DNA of 64,000 nucleotides from the human T2T-CHM13v2.0 reference genome, Homo sapiens, in NCBI RefSeq assembly GCF_009914755.1, contig NC_060932.1. The stretch is one strand, 5' to 3'. A program made the translations under genes and the position numbers. Below, piece by piece: positions 27,125 to 44,368 of the stretch (positions are counted from its first letter, which is position 1; every line of letters starts with the position of its first letter). The notes under the pieces were generated by a model. It made no database searches. It saw only the letters and a program-made list of their open reading frames with translations, and was not told the origin of the DNA.

Positions 27125-27319
27125 GGGCTCAGCTCCTCTTCCATTTCATTTCTCTTTTCTAGCTCAAAATAGGCAGAAATGAAAACACAGCATTTCTCAT
27201 TAATGGACCCTAGGGGTATTTTGGGTGAGACAGTTAATTCATTGTGCAAGGTGACCGACAAATTGCAGACTGTTTCTTATTCTTGATTTCTGGGCACTAT
27301 TATTATTATTATATTATTG

Positions 27320-27682
27320 CCAGCAGAAATCCCCAATCATTTTGACAGCCAAAAACAGCACCCCACCCCCTGCCCTGTCCTTTGGTTCCAAATGCCCACC
27401 CAGGTTAAGAACCACAGCAGATATTTAACTCTCACTTTCATTGATGTCAACTAAAGTTTAAGGGAAAATAATGGAAATTGTAGTGGATGAAGTAGGCAAT
27501 AATATTAACAACTGCTATGTTTTGAGTCCTTACTATAGTCCAGGGCTCATAATAGACTCATAAGTAGAGAAAGAAACTGAGATGAAAAAAGTAATTAACT
27601 AATCCAAGTCACAAAGTTGTCAAGGTGGTAGAAGAATTCAAATTCCTGGTTATCTTACACCAAGTCACATGCTCTTGCTCAT
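27320..27682. mobile_element. MER20-like end (27320-27417) and antisense MIR (27498-27682)
   Basis: tgacagccaaaaa...caaatgccc...ggttaagaaccac; gaaactgaga...taactaatccaagtcaca. Confidence 0.5.
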
Positions 27683-27880
27683 AAAAACTAAATCACTTAT
27701 TGTTTTAAGTTAAACTAACACAGCTACATCAGTTTGACCGAAGAACAGATTTGGGGCAAGTATAAAGTTAATGCATTCATCGATACAATTATGCAGTACA
27801 CCTGAACAGAGCTGGTTTTGTTCACCCTGTACCCTGGACTCTTGACTTTAGTTATTAGGTGGAGTTCAATTTGTAGATGG

Positions 27881-28545
<665 letters not shown>

Positions 28546-28729
28546 GATGGATATAGATAACAAGATTTGTAAGAATTCTTATGAAATCCACAAAAATTTT
28601 ATTGAGACCAGTTGAATTCACAGTCTGTAAAGGATAGTATAACCCAAAATTTAGAGGTCTTTCTAACCTGTGGATATGGCTTCCACAGGCCCGTTGTTTC
28701 CACTTGCTCATTCAGAAACTCCTGTCTCT

Positions 28730-29063
28730 GGCCAGGCAAGGTGGCTCAGCCTGTAATCCCAGCACTTTGCGAGGCCAGCGCGGGCAGATCGCTTGAGCTC
28801 AGGAGTTCAAGACAATCCTGGGCAAAATGGTGAAACCCCATTTCTACCCAAAATACAAAAAGTTAGCCAGGCATAGTAGCATGCGCCTGTAGTCCCAGCT
28901 ACTCAGCAAGGCTGAGGTGGGAGGATGGCTTGTGCTCAGGAGATGAAGATTGCAGTGAGCCAAGATGGCACCACTGCACTCCAGCCCAGGTGACAGAGTG
29001 AAACCCTGTCTCAAAAAAACCAACAAACAAAAAATAAACAAAAACAAACAACCAAAAACCACA
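28730..29063 (+). mobile_element. AluJ
   Basis: gaggtgggaggatggcttg; TSD aaa(c/t)tcctgtctc. Confidence 0.9.
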
Positions 29064-29609
29064 CAAATTCCTGTCTCCAGAAAAGCTCCTCGCAGGCATG
29101 TCTAGGCGTTCGTAGAGGCTTGCTCAGATAGGGCCGGGAACACCTGTTCACCTCACGCTCCACTTCAGATTCTGCCATATGAAAACTCCTGCTGGGGAGA
29201 CCGCATCCTTGCCAGTGCCACTGGGCCCTTCAGTGAGAAGATTAACATCCATGCCAAGAGTGTTGTTTTCTGGAACTTTCAGACTGACCATTTTGAAGGG
29301 CCAGCGCCATGCTGGCTTTTCTACAGAAGTGGGGAGGATGCCTCTCTTCCCAACTCTGGGTCACACCTTAAATCTCTCAGCCTCAGGGCAGCGCTGCAAT
29401 CTCTCAGCCTCAGGGCAGCTCTGCTTGAGCCCAGAGTCCACAGAATTTCTCAGGAAGCTGTCCTAGTTTGGGGCTCACCCACGTTTCCATTACTGCTGAA
29501 ACCTGAGTAACCAGAGGGGGACAAACACTAGGCCATGTTAACCCTGTCCTCGTCTTCCCAGTCTGCCCTACTCACATGTTTCTACTCCAAAGAAAATAAA
29601 AACCTTTAT

Positions 29610-30032
29610 TGTGGTGGTGAATTTTATGTGTCAACTTGGGTAGGCTGTGGTGCCCTGTTGTTGATCAAACACCAGTCTAGTTGTTGCTGTGAAGTATTTT
29701 TATAAACGTATTTAACATTTAAATCAGTGAAAAAATCAGATTACCCTCTATAACATGGATGGGCCTCTTTTAATCAGTTGACAGTCTTTAGAGAAAAGAC
29801 TGAGGACCCCTCAAAAAGGAAAGAATTCAGCCTCAAAACTGCCTTGGGAGTAAAGAACGCAACACCAACTTTTGCCAGAATTGCAGCAAGTCTGCCTTAT
29901 AGATTTTGTACTTGCCAGCCCCTACAATCGCGTGTGCTAATTACTTAAAATAAATTTCATTTATATATATGATATATATGAAACTAATATATCCTATTGG
30001 TTCTGTTTCTCTGGAGAACCCTGTCTAATACA
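29610..30032 (+). mobile_element. MLT2 (MLT2D-like) HERV-L solo LTR
   Basis: tgtggtggtgaattttatgtgtcaacttgg...tcctattggttctgtttctctggagaaccctgtctaataca; TSD tttat/cttat. Confidence 0.88.
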
Positions 30033-30849
30033 CTTATCCTATCCTCTTTCAGACAATGCCAAAGTATTCATTCATAGCAACGCATCTACACAGATGTCCA
30101 GTGATACCACTTGCCTGGAAGGTCAGCAAACCAGACATTGATTGATTACCAATTGAGGCCCTTGAGAGCACTAATTTATATTGTAGATAATGAGTAACAG
30201 GTGGTATTAGGTGAGTCAGGATATCAGTTTCCATTTCTCTTGTCTAGGTCCCTACGACAGCATTGCTGAAGAGATGCCTCCTGTCCTGGTCCTGTTACAC
30301 GTTGTTCTTTCCCCAGCCAGGGCACACTGGATTCTTCAGGAACTTTCCTACCACCACAATTCCTACTTCTGCTATGACTAGTATAATTACCTAACATTTT
30401 TTGGCCATTTCTTATTTAACCCAGATGTCACCAAGGAAATCTTCACTCTGAGACAGAATGAGCTTGAGTGCACAGTCTATACTACAGGTAAGTCCACATG
30501 TCTGCAGATTTTTAGATGTGTGTGGGGGAGCTTATATGCTCAAGGTCAATGTGGGCTCCAGGTTTCCATTGCTGCTCTTCTGTACTATGTCATCTCAGAC
30601 TTACACCCAAGCTTTTTTCTAGATTTCCAATAAAAGACCATTCAAACCAAATATTTGCAAAAATATAGACTATACTGAAGATGTTTAGGTTCCATAGAAG
30701 GGTCACTTCATCCCACACAGTAATACCAACCTAAAAACACATATTAGTGTAGTGAATAATGTTTGAAATGCCAGTTAAAGTTTTCCTTCCTTATGTTTCC
30801 TTTGATCGTCCCCTTTCTTCTCACTGGTCCGGCACCTGTAACATCTTTC

Positions 30850-32290
30850 ATCTACACTGTAGTCAGAGAGAAGCTACAGACAAAAAGCCTTGGAACAGCA
30901 GAGACTTGAGCTGAGAGCCACAGCACCTGAAGAGGAAAACATTTTCTGAATTCCAAAAACATGGCTTTTATTATCAAGAGCCAATGCCTGAAGGCAGAAG
31001 ACACAATGTTTACACATAAACAATCCCTGCGAAGGAGAAAGATGAAGAGCCCGTTTCCAGCCACACAAGAAGATAAAATATTTTGCTTGAATTGGGGAAA
31101 GAACTTGAAAGAGGAGAGGAGAACAAAAGAGTGAGTTTGCCTGTGTCTGTGACCCCTGGTTCCACCTCCCCCCAGGCCATGTTGAAGTGGGGAAGAAAAC
31201 TGCAAATCTAATACAGGTTTACGGAAGCCAACACAAAAAAGGACTTGGCCTTCCTTCTCAGTAGATAAACCTGGGAAGACTGTGAGTTTCAGGGAGAAAC
31301 TCAGCATCCATCCCGGCCAGCAAATTCTGAGTGAGACACCCTGACAGCTGGCCTCATGGACCTCCAGGGTGATAAGGGGACAGTGGCAGAATGTTGCTTG
31401 TGGACCCTGAGAGGAGGATGGGGATGACACCTAGACTAGTGGACATTGATAGGGTTTGGATGTGTGTTCCCTCCAAGTCTCATGTTGAAATGAGATTTCC
31501 AGTGTTAGAGGTGGGCCATGAGGGTGGATCCCTCAAGAATGGCCTCCCCCTGGTCATGAATGAGTTCTTGCTTTCTTAGCTCACGCAACAGCTGGTTGTT
31601 TAAAGGAGCCTGTCACCTCCTGCTCTCTCTATTGCTCCCTCTCTCGCTATATGACATGCCAGCTCCCCCTTCACCTTGCGCCCTGAGTAAAAGCTTCCTG
31701 AGGCCTCACCAGAAGCTGAGCAAATGCCAGTGCCATGCTTTCTGTACAGCTTGCAGAACCATGAGCCAAATAAACATCTTTTCTTTATAAATTACCCAGC
31801 CTCAGGAATTCCTTTATAGCAATGTAAAACAGACTAATAGAGATGTGAAGGAGTCTGATTTCTATGCCCCAGCGAGGAGGACACAGGTGGTTTGCATGGA
31901 ACAGGTAATCAGAGTCCTTGGGAGAACAGTGGTCATTTTGGCATAAGCAGTGGGTCATGCACCCAGAGGCCTGGGGGGACAAGTTTCAGCTCAGTAGCAG
32001 CCAGAGAAAGATAAAAGACGACTGGGGATAAACCATTCTCTTCCCTGACGTGGATGACAGTTAAAATCCTTTCCTTCTGGTACTTACATCACCTCCTGGG
32101 CAGGAGGGAGAAAAGAGCTGAGGAAGAAGTGGACTTGATTGTGAAGACAGCAATTATTCGCTGACTTTTAAATCCTAAGTGTCTGAGCTGACCTTTACTC
32201 AGATTACTTTTGTCACTACCAAGCGGAAAGGGTCACTCGAAATCTAGTTCAATTGCAGAGAAACGAAGAGTTTCCATTTTGCATACCTCT
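30850..32290 (+). mobile_element. Possible ancient Gypsy-type LTR (MamGypLTR/LTR85-like), split by MSTB
   Basis: 3' part (ttcaattgcagagaaacgaagagtttccattttgcatacct) resembles MamGyp LTR termini; highly diverged. Confidence 0.35.
31447..31841 (+). mobile_element. MSTB MaLR solo LTR
   Basis: tgatagggtttggatgtgtgttccctccaagtctcatgttgaaatg...agaagctgagcaaatgccagtgccatgc...; TSD gacat/gatgt. Confidence 0.9.
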
Positions 32291-32428
32291 GCAACATAGG
32301 GGGAAATCTATGACATTTTCACCCCCAACATCTGGCATTCAGCTGTTGGAGGTGTTCTTGCACTCACCCTTGGGGGTTTCTCACTGGCCCTCACTGGGCC
32401 TTCCCTCTCACTGGCTTTCCTTTCTCTC

Positions 32429-33021
<593 letters not shown>

Positions 33022-34214
33022 TAATGTGCAGAGCAAGTCAACGCTTCCCAGCTCGTGCTCTCACACAAACCTGTTAAGGCTCCAGCAGCATGAAGAGCCT
33101 TCCACTGAAAAGAATCCTTTCTAGAAGCCAGTCAGGGTTATGAATGGCATCTTTCTTCTATTACAATGAAGTACCAGTAATGCGCTAGTTGCTTTACTTA
33201 CTTCATCTCACAACACCACAAATAAGAAAACTGGGGTGGCCCAGAAAGAAAATGAAAGAAGAGATAGGTAAGAAATTGTGCAGTCCCCACTCAACCCTGG
33301 TCTCCCTGTCCCCAAATCCTGCACCACTAGCCACCGTATGGCAAAAATTCCTGGACTTTGCTTATGTACTTGCTTAACAACCTTGAGGGTTAAGTCTTGA
33401 TCATCTTACTTCTTCTGAAGGCTTGAATTCCTTCCAATCTGCTTCACCTGATTGACTGGTTAATGAAAGAGCTGATGTCTGCTTGGCTCCGTCCCCACAT
33501 CTGAAGTGCTCATTATCTGCCTTCTCACTTTGGCAACTTTCTCAATAGTACAAACAGCCTCCGTGTCTTCTGAGGCCCGAGGGAATCTTTTAATTACCTT
33601 TTGATGAGGATAGTCACTTCCCGCCCTGAGTTTAAAGTGAAATTTGATCATGAATATTTCCTGTCCGTCTCTCTCAGGAGCAGTAGCTAACGGGTGGTAT
33701 TAGTGTTTAAGCATTTATGTTCACCTCCCTCCATGGGCTACCAGGATCACCCAAGGCAGTAATACTGCAACCTCCTTTGAGAAAATGCCTCAAAAAGGGA
33801 GTTTAGACTAGTTCTCAACTAATAGTCTCATAAAATGGAGGGAAAAGAGAGGATTGTGTAGACAGGTAGAACCACACAAAATACTTTGCCCTAGACTAAA
33901 AAATTATGTGTTTGGAAATGCCTAAGATCTCATGAAAAGTAGACACTTCAGATATTTTCTAATTTCTAAATAGACTGAAGAGAAGAATATATTGCATTTT
34001 ACCTTGATAAACTAATGATCACTACAAATTTCACATACTTTAATATAGTTTCACTGAAAAGTTAAGAAATTTTTTGAGATTTATTGAAAACAGTCATAAC
34101 TAGAAAAATAACTTATCTTCCATGATTTAATAAATTGTGCTGCAATAATAACCAAGCAGTCACATTCCTTTAACTTAAATCCAACCTGATGAATTTCTCT
34201 GTTTTTGAAAACAT

Positions 34215-36197
<1,983 letters not shown>

Positions 36198-36255
36198 ATG
36201 CAAAAACCTTTTTGTTATTTTAATTTATTCACTTGAGAAAGATCTGGATTATTTC

Positions 36256-36590
36256 TTTTTTTTTTAATTTTTATTTATTTATTTATTTATTGAGATGGAG
36301 TCTCACTCTCTTGCGTAGGCTGGAGTGAAGTTGCGTCATCTCAGCTTACTGCACTTTCCGCCTCCTGGGTTCAAGCGTTTCTCGTGCCTCAGCCTCCTGA
36401 GTAGCTAGGATTACAGGCGCCCGCCGCGACGCCCAGTTAATTTTTTTTTTTTTTTTTTTTTTGTATTTTTAGTAGAGACAGGGTTTCACCATGTTGGTCA
36501 GGCTGGTCTTGAACTCCTGACCTCAGGTGATCCACCTGCCTAGTTCTCCCAAAGTGCTACAATTACAGGCGTGAGCCACCACACCCAGCC
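36256..36590 (-). mobile_element. AluS with expanded middle linker
   Basis: Antisense dimer, (TTTA)n tail, ~T22 linker. Confidence 0.92.
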
Positions 36591-36626
36591 TATTTCTATA
36601 TCCTGTATTTTAAAATCCAAAATTGA

Positions 36627-36988
<362 letters not shown>

Positions 36989-37987
36989 GATTGTTTACAC
37001 ATTTTAATGGTCTGACTGAAGAAGTAAAACTGTACAGTAAAGTCTTTAGATGGCAAATCTGTGTCAACAAGGGTCTGATATCATTCGGTGAAACCTGGTG
37101 CTATGTAGCGTTCCATGGGTGAAATGTTCAAAGGCTTTGTCTTTAGGGGCTCAGGAGATTTACACATTCCAGAGAGGATGGGATCTCAAGGAAAACCCAG
37201 ATAGGAGAACATGGTGCTGGTAGCTTGGAATATTGGAGCGGAAATAGTGCCTTGGCAGTATTCGTTACAAGTCTTCTTGGAGTTGACTGTCCTCACCCAC
37301 CCACTTGCACAGAGCGAGGGGCACTGTCTTACCAAGGGCATGTTTGCTTGGCTCTTCTAATTTGTGAAAAGACAACCACAAAGCCCTGTGCTAGAGCATG
37401 CAAAGATCACAACACAGAGACCCCTGGTGTCCTCTGTCTGCTTGAGAAGCTGAGAAGAGCAAAAGGGTTCAAGGTGATCCAAGTGTGTGTTGTGGGATTG
37501 ATTTTTGTGTTTCTGCCAATTTCAATAACAGATTCAATGTGATGGTTGAACTGGCAATGTTGGCATGCAAAGGGCCACTGTGTATCTGTGGTGACAGCAG
37601 CTGTGACCAGGAGCAAATGTCTTTGGCTCCACGTTAGGGAGCACACTGGGGCTCTGCCTACAGTGAGCAATGCCCTCGCAAATGAAGTCACCAAGGGACA
37701 CACTATGAGTTAAGAAAGGAAACTAACAATACTCACTGCTTGCTAGACAGAGACACTCTGGGGTCTAGCCACGAAGGACTCCAACGCCACGTTGGGATGG
37801 ACAGTTAACAGTAACCACTGAAGGGCATCCAGCTAACCTCATAAGAATGGACTCATTCAAATATTCAGGAAATGAAGGTAACTAAGTGTGCGTCTTTCTT
37901 TGTTTTTGTCTGCCTAATTAAATTGTCTTATGTGAGATGCTTTCAAGAATCTGATGTCTGATAAAACTCTAGAAAGAAATATAACAG

Positions 37988-38182
37988 GGTCTGGCATGGT
38001 AGTTCACACCTGTAATCCCAGAGAAAGGCTGAGGTGGGTCGATTGCTTGAAGCCAAGAGTTTGAGACCAGCCTGGGCAACAAAGTGAGACCCTGTATCCA
38101 CAAAAAATAAAATAAAATAGAATAAATTAGCTGCCAAGAGCTATTATTGTGCCACTGCCCTCCAGCCTTATCTCTAAAAAAA
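37988..38182 (+). mobile_element. AluJ with a large right-arm deletion
   Basis: Left arm plus gagctattattgtgccactgccctccagcct. Confidence 0.8.
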
Positions 38183-38230
38183 GAATGAATGAATGAATGA
38201 ATGAGTAAATAAAAAATAAAATAGTTTAAA

Positions 38231-38438
38231 CTATTGTTGTTCAATAGTGGAATTTTTTTTCCATGATGGAAATATTCTTTGTTACACATTAGCCACTAGT
38301 CACATGTGACCACTGAACACTCAAAACCGTGACTAATACAACTAAGTTACTGAATTTTAAATTGCATTTAACTGTAACTAATTTCAATTTGTATTTGAAT
38401 AGTGACCTGTGGCCAATGGCTACAATAGTGAACAGTTT
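38231..38438 (+). mobile_element. MER3 (hAT-Charlie MITE)
   Basis: atgatggaaatattct...tagccactagtcacatgtg...ctgaattttaaatt...tgtggccaatggctac. Confidence 0.8.
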
Positions 38439-38731
38439 TATCCTGTCATGAAACAGTCTGCATTTTAGTTGGTGGTATATCATGTTTCCCCGCCTGAGTG
38501 AAAGTTAGAAACCAATTAAATTGCTACAAAGAAAAAGCGCCAATACTTTTGTATACTGTATACTTTTGTATACTCAAAACTGGTATAATTTTTTTTCTAT
38601 TCCTGTTGGTTTTTCTTTTTTTTTCTGTTGAATACAAAGAGAAAAATTTAGAAATACAGCATAAATATTTATTCGCTTTTTTTTTTTTTTTTTTTTTTAA
38701 GGAAAACTCATTCATTTCATGAAGATTCACT

Positions 38732-39600
<869 letters not shown>

Positions 39601-39611
39601 GAATTTGTTCT

Positions 39612-39985
39612 AAAAACAGCTTTATTGAGATATAACTCGCACATCATATCATTCACCTCTTTAAACTTTACAGTTCAATGGTTTTTAGAATATTCATATT
39701 TAACCAAAACCACCATCAATTTCAGGACATTTTCACCACTCTCTGAAACACCTGTACCCATTAGTGGTGACTCCCCTTCCTCTTCTCCCTCTAGCCCTAG
39801 GCAACCACTAATCTATTTTCTGTCTCTAGAGATTTGCCTGTTCCAGACAAATGGATGATTCCATTTCATATGAATGGAACCTTATAATATAGGGTCATTT
39901 CTGACTGGCTTTTTTCACTTAACATAATGTTTTCAAGATTTATCCAAATTGTAGCATGTATCAGTACCTCATTTTTTCACTGCCA
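39612..39985 (-). mobile_element. L1MB 3' end
   Basis: aacagctttattgagatataa...ccctaggcaaccactaatctattttctgtctcta. Confidence 0.85.
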
Positions 39986-40389
39986 AAACCAAAAAAATTT
40001 TGAAATGAACTTTTTATTTTGTAATACTTTCAGGTTGCAAATATAATACCCATACTCTTCACCCAGTTTCTCCTAAGGTTAACATCTTAAATGACCATGG
40101 TACATTTGACAAAACTAAGAAATAGTACCGTTTAACTAAACTATAGACATTATTTGGATTTCAGTTTTTTTTAAATAAAATATATTTTTTTCTGTTTCAG
40201 GATGTAATCCAGGAAACCACACTGCATTTAGTAGTCATGTCTCCTTAGTTTCTCTTCTGGTGTATAACATTTTCTTATTTTTCTTGTTTTTCATGATCCA
40301 GAAATTTTGAAGGGTATAGGCCAGGTATTTTATAGAATTTCCCCCAATTTGCATTAGTTGCATGTTTTTCTTCACTATTGCCCCCAGGG

Positions 40390-40720
<331 letters not shown>

Positions 40721-41171
40721 TCATAAGAATACCTCAGAGATGAGGTTCGCAGCTCTCTTCACATCATATTAGTGGGTAGGTGATATTCACATGACTTACC
40801 ACTTGGTTAAGATGGTATCTTCTAATTTTTTTCTCTGTAAAGTTAGTGTTTTTCCTTTCCATTCTCTGTGTTTTGGCATTGAGTCCCAAAGTTCATCCCA
40901 CGCTCAAGAGTAAGGAAATTAAACTCTACCTCCTGGAGCGGGAAGTATCTACATATATTGCTTGGCTTTCCTCTGTAAGAAAGAGATGGCCCTTCTCATT
41001 CATTCATTCATTCATTCATTCATTCATTTATACCAGTATGGACTCATCAGTACTTATTTTATTCTTTGTGTTATAATCCAATGCTATCATTATTTATTTG
41101 GTTGCTCAAATTGTTCCAGGTTTGTCAATAGGGAGCCCTTTCAGGTTGGCTTTTTGGTCCTTTTAATATGG

Positions 41172-41437
41172 CTCTTTCTTTTCCTCTTTCTCCTCTTCCT
41201 CTTCCTCCTCTTCTTCTTCCTTCTAGTCCTTCTAGTCCTCCTCCTCTTAATACTTCCCCTCATGTTCCTGCCCCTCACTCCTCCTCCTTTCCCTCTTTAC
41301 CCTTCTTCCTCCTCCTTCTCCTCCTCTTCCTCCTGATTCTTCCCCTCCTCCTCCTCCTTCTGATCCTTCCATCCCTCGTTTTCCCCCTTCCTCCTCTTCC
41401 TCCCGCCCCTCCACTCCTCCTTCTCCTCCTCCTTCTT
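41172..41437. repeat. CT-rich low-complexity tract; (TCAT)n nearby at 40996-41027
   Basis: About 265 bp of almost pure pyrimidines built from CCT/CTT units. Confidence 0.9.
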
Positions 41438-42619
41438 ATTAGTACTTCCTTACTTTCTGGCACTACAAAATGCTCCATGACTGTCTTGTATTTTCCTTGC
41501 CCCAGCTCTAGAATCAGCCATTTCTCCAAGGAGCCCTGCTTCCTTTTACTGGAGAATGATATGTGGAAACCAAAATCTGGACACTGAATGTGCTTATTGC
41601 CTTTGGGGTGTTACTGCTGCTGAGTCAACGTATGTATGCATACTAACTCATATATACGCACTTCTAAGATTATTTCCTTTTCTATCTATTTGCATATATA
41701 TGAACATAAACAGGAGTTTATATAGATGCCTCGGACTCTAATCTAGAGCCACAGGGTTCACTCTGAGCTTCACGTCTTCCGTATTTTTAACTTCATATCT
41801 GACTGTGAGAAATCTGGTTCCTCATATGTACTCATTTGTTCACTCCACATGCAGAGCAGTTTCAGAAGTGCTAATTTCCACCCCCTGTCAGAAAGAAATT
41901 TACCAACTTGGGTACAGTATTTAGTTGCAATTCTTTTTGTTCATAGCCTTCCATTACCAGATAAATAAATTCCTTTTTGGGGTTTTGCAGATTTGAATTG
42001 CATGATCCAACACCTTTATCTCTTACGGCATAGCTTACATGCATTAAAACTCCTTGTTTTTTTTAATGTACTACCTTCTGTTTTATAATTTTTGCAATAT
42101 ATTTAATGCTGTGATTTGACATCAATTATAAGGAATCTATGTCTATTATTAAGTCCTTGGAACTTACCTAAAATACAGGGAAATGAAAGAGCCAGAGCTC
42201 TCCTCCATATAAAAAAAGTTCATCTAAGAAAAAAAGTTCATCTACAAGGAACAAAACAAGATTATGTGGTGATATTGTTATTGAGTGCCACAATTAAGCA
42301 AGTTTCAAAATCCATGGTGGCTGGATCGTAATATGGGAAGATAGTATTTGTTGAATGATCGTGGAGGACTGATGGGCCAATGTGAAATTTGTCTTCCTAA
42401 CCAATTTTTCAAAGGCTTTCAAACACCTTTTCATGCATACTCATGTTCTTTTTTTCTATATCAACCCTATGAAGACAACTTTATTGTAATTATCATGATA
42501 AAAATTTTCCCTGATTTTCCAAGAGGTGAAGCTGAGCAGCTAAACTAAGCAATACAGCTAGATTAAAAATTGAGTTATTGAACTCAAATTCCCATGCCCT
42601 GTCATTTCCACTAGGTTAT

Positions 42620-43051
42620 TGGTAATGGTTTGGATGTTTTTTTCCCTCCAAACTTCATGTTGAAATTTGATCCCCCATATTGGACTTAGGGCCCAGTGAA
42701 ATCTGTTTGGGTCCTAGCGGGGGTGGATCCTTCATGAATAAATTAACACCATCCTTAGGTCAAGGAGTGAATTCTCAGTCTATTACTTCCTTCCAGAGCT
42801 GCTTGTGTAAAACAGCCTGCCACGGCTCTCCCTTCTCTCTTGCTTCCTCTCTCACCATGTGATCTCTGCACATGGCTGGCTCCTCTTCCACTTTCTGCAG
42901 TGAGTTGAAACAGCCCGAGACCCTCGCCAGTTGCAGATGCTTAATCTTGAATTTTCCAGTCACCAGAACTGTAGGCCAAATAAACCTCTTTTCTTTATAA
43001 ACTACCCAGTCTCAGATATTCTGTTACAGCAACACTAAATGAACAAAGATA
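42620..43051 (+). mobile_element. MSTB2-like MaLR solo LTR
   Basis: tggtttggatgtttt...ccctccaaacttcatgttgaaatttgatcccc...ccaaataaacctcttttctttataaactacccag; TSD gttat/gtcat. Confidence 0.85.
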
Positions 43052-44071
43052 GTCATCATGTCACTGAGGATGCTGACATATTGACATCACATAGGTTATT
43101 AGCCCTTTTTGGAAGGAGGCTCACATCTTTTTCAAGACAGCCATGGGAGGTTCCTGAGTTCAGAGAGATAGCACATATTCCTTTTGTCTTCACACCATTA
43201 GCCATAAACCTATGACATAAATAGTAATGCTGTGAAATAAACATACAGAAAATAAACATTTGGATTTGTAAAAGCCCCATAAACATTTCCATTTCTTTTC
43301 CTTCTCTTTCTCCTCCTCCTCCTTCTCTTCTTCCTCCTTCTCCTTCTTCCTCTTTTTTGCCAAATAAAAAATTTCAAATCATTAACTTCTATAAATAACT
43401 CATCTATAAGGGATACAGATTTTTACATTTAAATTACTTTGAGTTTGCTGGCAGCTTTTAATGACAAACCTGGAAAAAGATACAGGGCCTATGCTAGTTT
43501 CACACGGTAGCTGCCTGGTAAATGTTTGTTGAATTAACCAGTTATTCAAAATCAACAAATATTTACTGAGCTAAACTCTGTGGAAGTGCCAACAAGAAAA
43601 GGTCTGTGTCCCCAAGCATCAATGACCTTATTGAGTAGATTGAGGCATTAACACCAGAACCTACTTAGAGTCACCAATGAAAGAGCTGAGGATAATTATT
43701 AAAAAGCCAGCATGGAGCTAATTACCAGTTAAGTGATGGGGAATAGGTAATGAAGAATTTCTGAGCAGAAAGTAGTTATTCAAGCAGAGATGACCAAGCA
43801 GATGTTTTACAGGAGGGAGATAGTGCGAATCTGATGAAAAAGCATGGGTATGCTTTGGGCAGGTGGGCCAGTTGCTATCAGAGCATCAGAAGAGGGAAAC
43901 ACAAAGGTTTCTTATATGTCACACGTTTTTCCATTTCAGAGAGTGTAAAAAGGTGTTTGGGGTGAAGTTGCTTATGTCAGAGCAATCAGTGGTCTTTAAC
44001 CACAGATCTCAGAGAAGCAAAATGTCTCAAGTACTCTTTAAAACCTTGGAGATGAAAATAAAACAAATTAT

Positions 44072-44368
44072 GGCCAGGTGCAGTGGCTCATTCCTGTAAT
44101 CCTAGCTCTTCGGGAGGCTGAGGCGGGCAGATCACTTGCATTCATGAGATTGAGACCAGCCTGGGCAACATGTCGAAACCCCATCCCTACTAAAAAAAAA
44201 AAAAAAAATTAGCCAGGGATGGTGGCACATGCCACTTGGGAGGGGGAGGCACAAAAAAACACTTGAACCTAGGAGGTGGGGTTGCAGTGAGCCAAGATCG
44301 TGCTACTGCACTCCAGCTTGGGCAACAGAGCGAGACCCTGTCAAAAAAAAAAAAAAAAAGAACAAAAA
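44072..44368 (+). mobile_element. Alu (J/S) with a small right-arm deletion
   Basis: Dimer with A-rich linker and tail. Confidence 0.88.

Noticed and set aside
30852-31430. 192-aa minus-strand ORF
   Set aside because: No recognisable domain, no supporting promoter or splice context, and probably within an old LTR.
40962-41587. Hydrophobic or poly-Arg ORFs resembling membrane or protamine-like proteins
   Set aside because: Translation of the CT-rich simple repeat.
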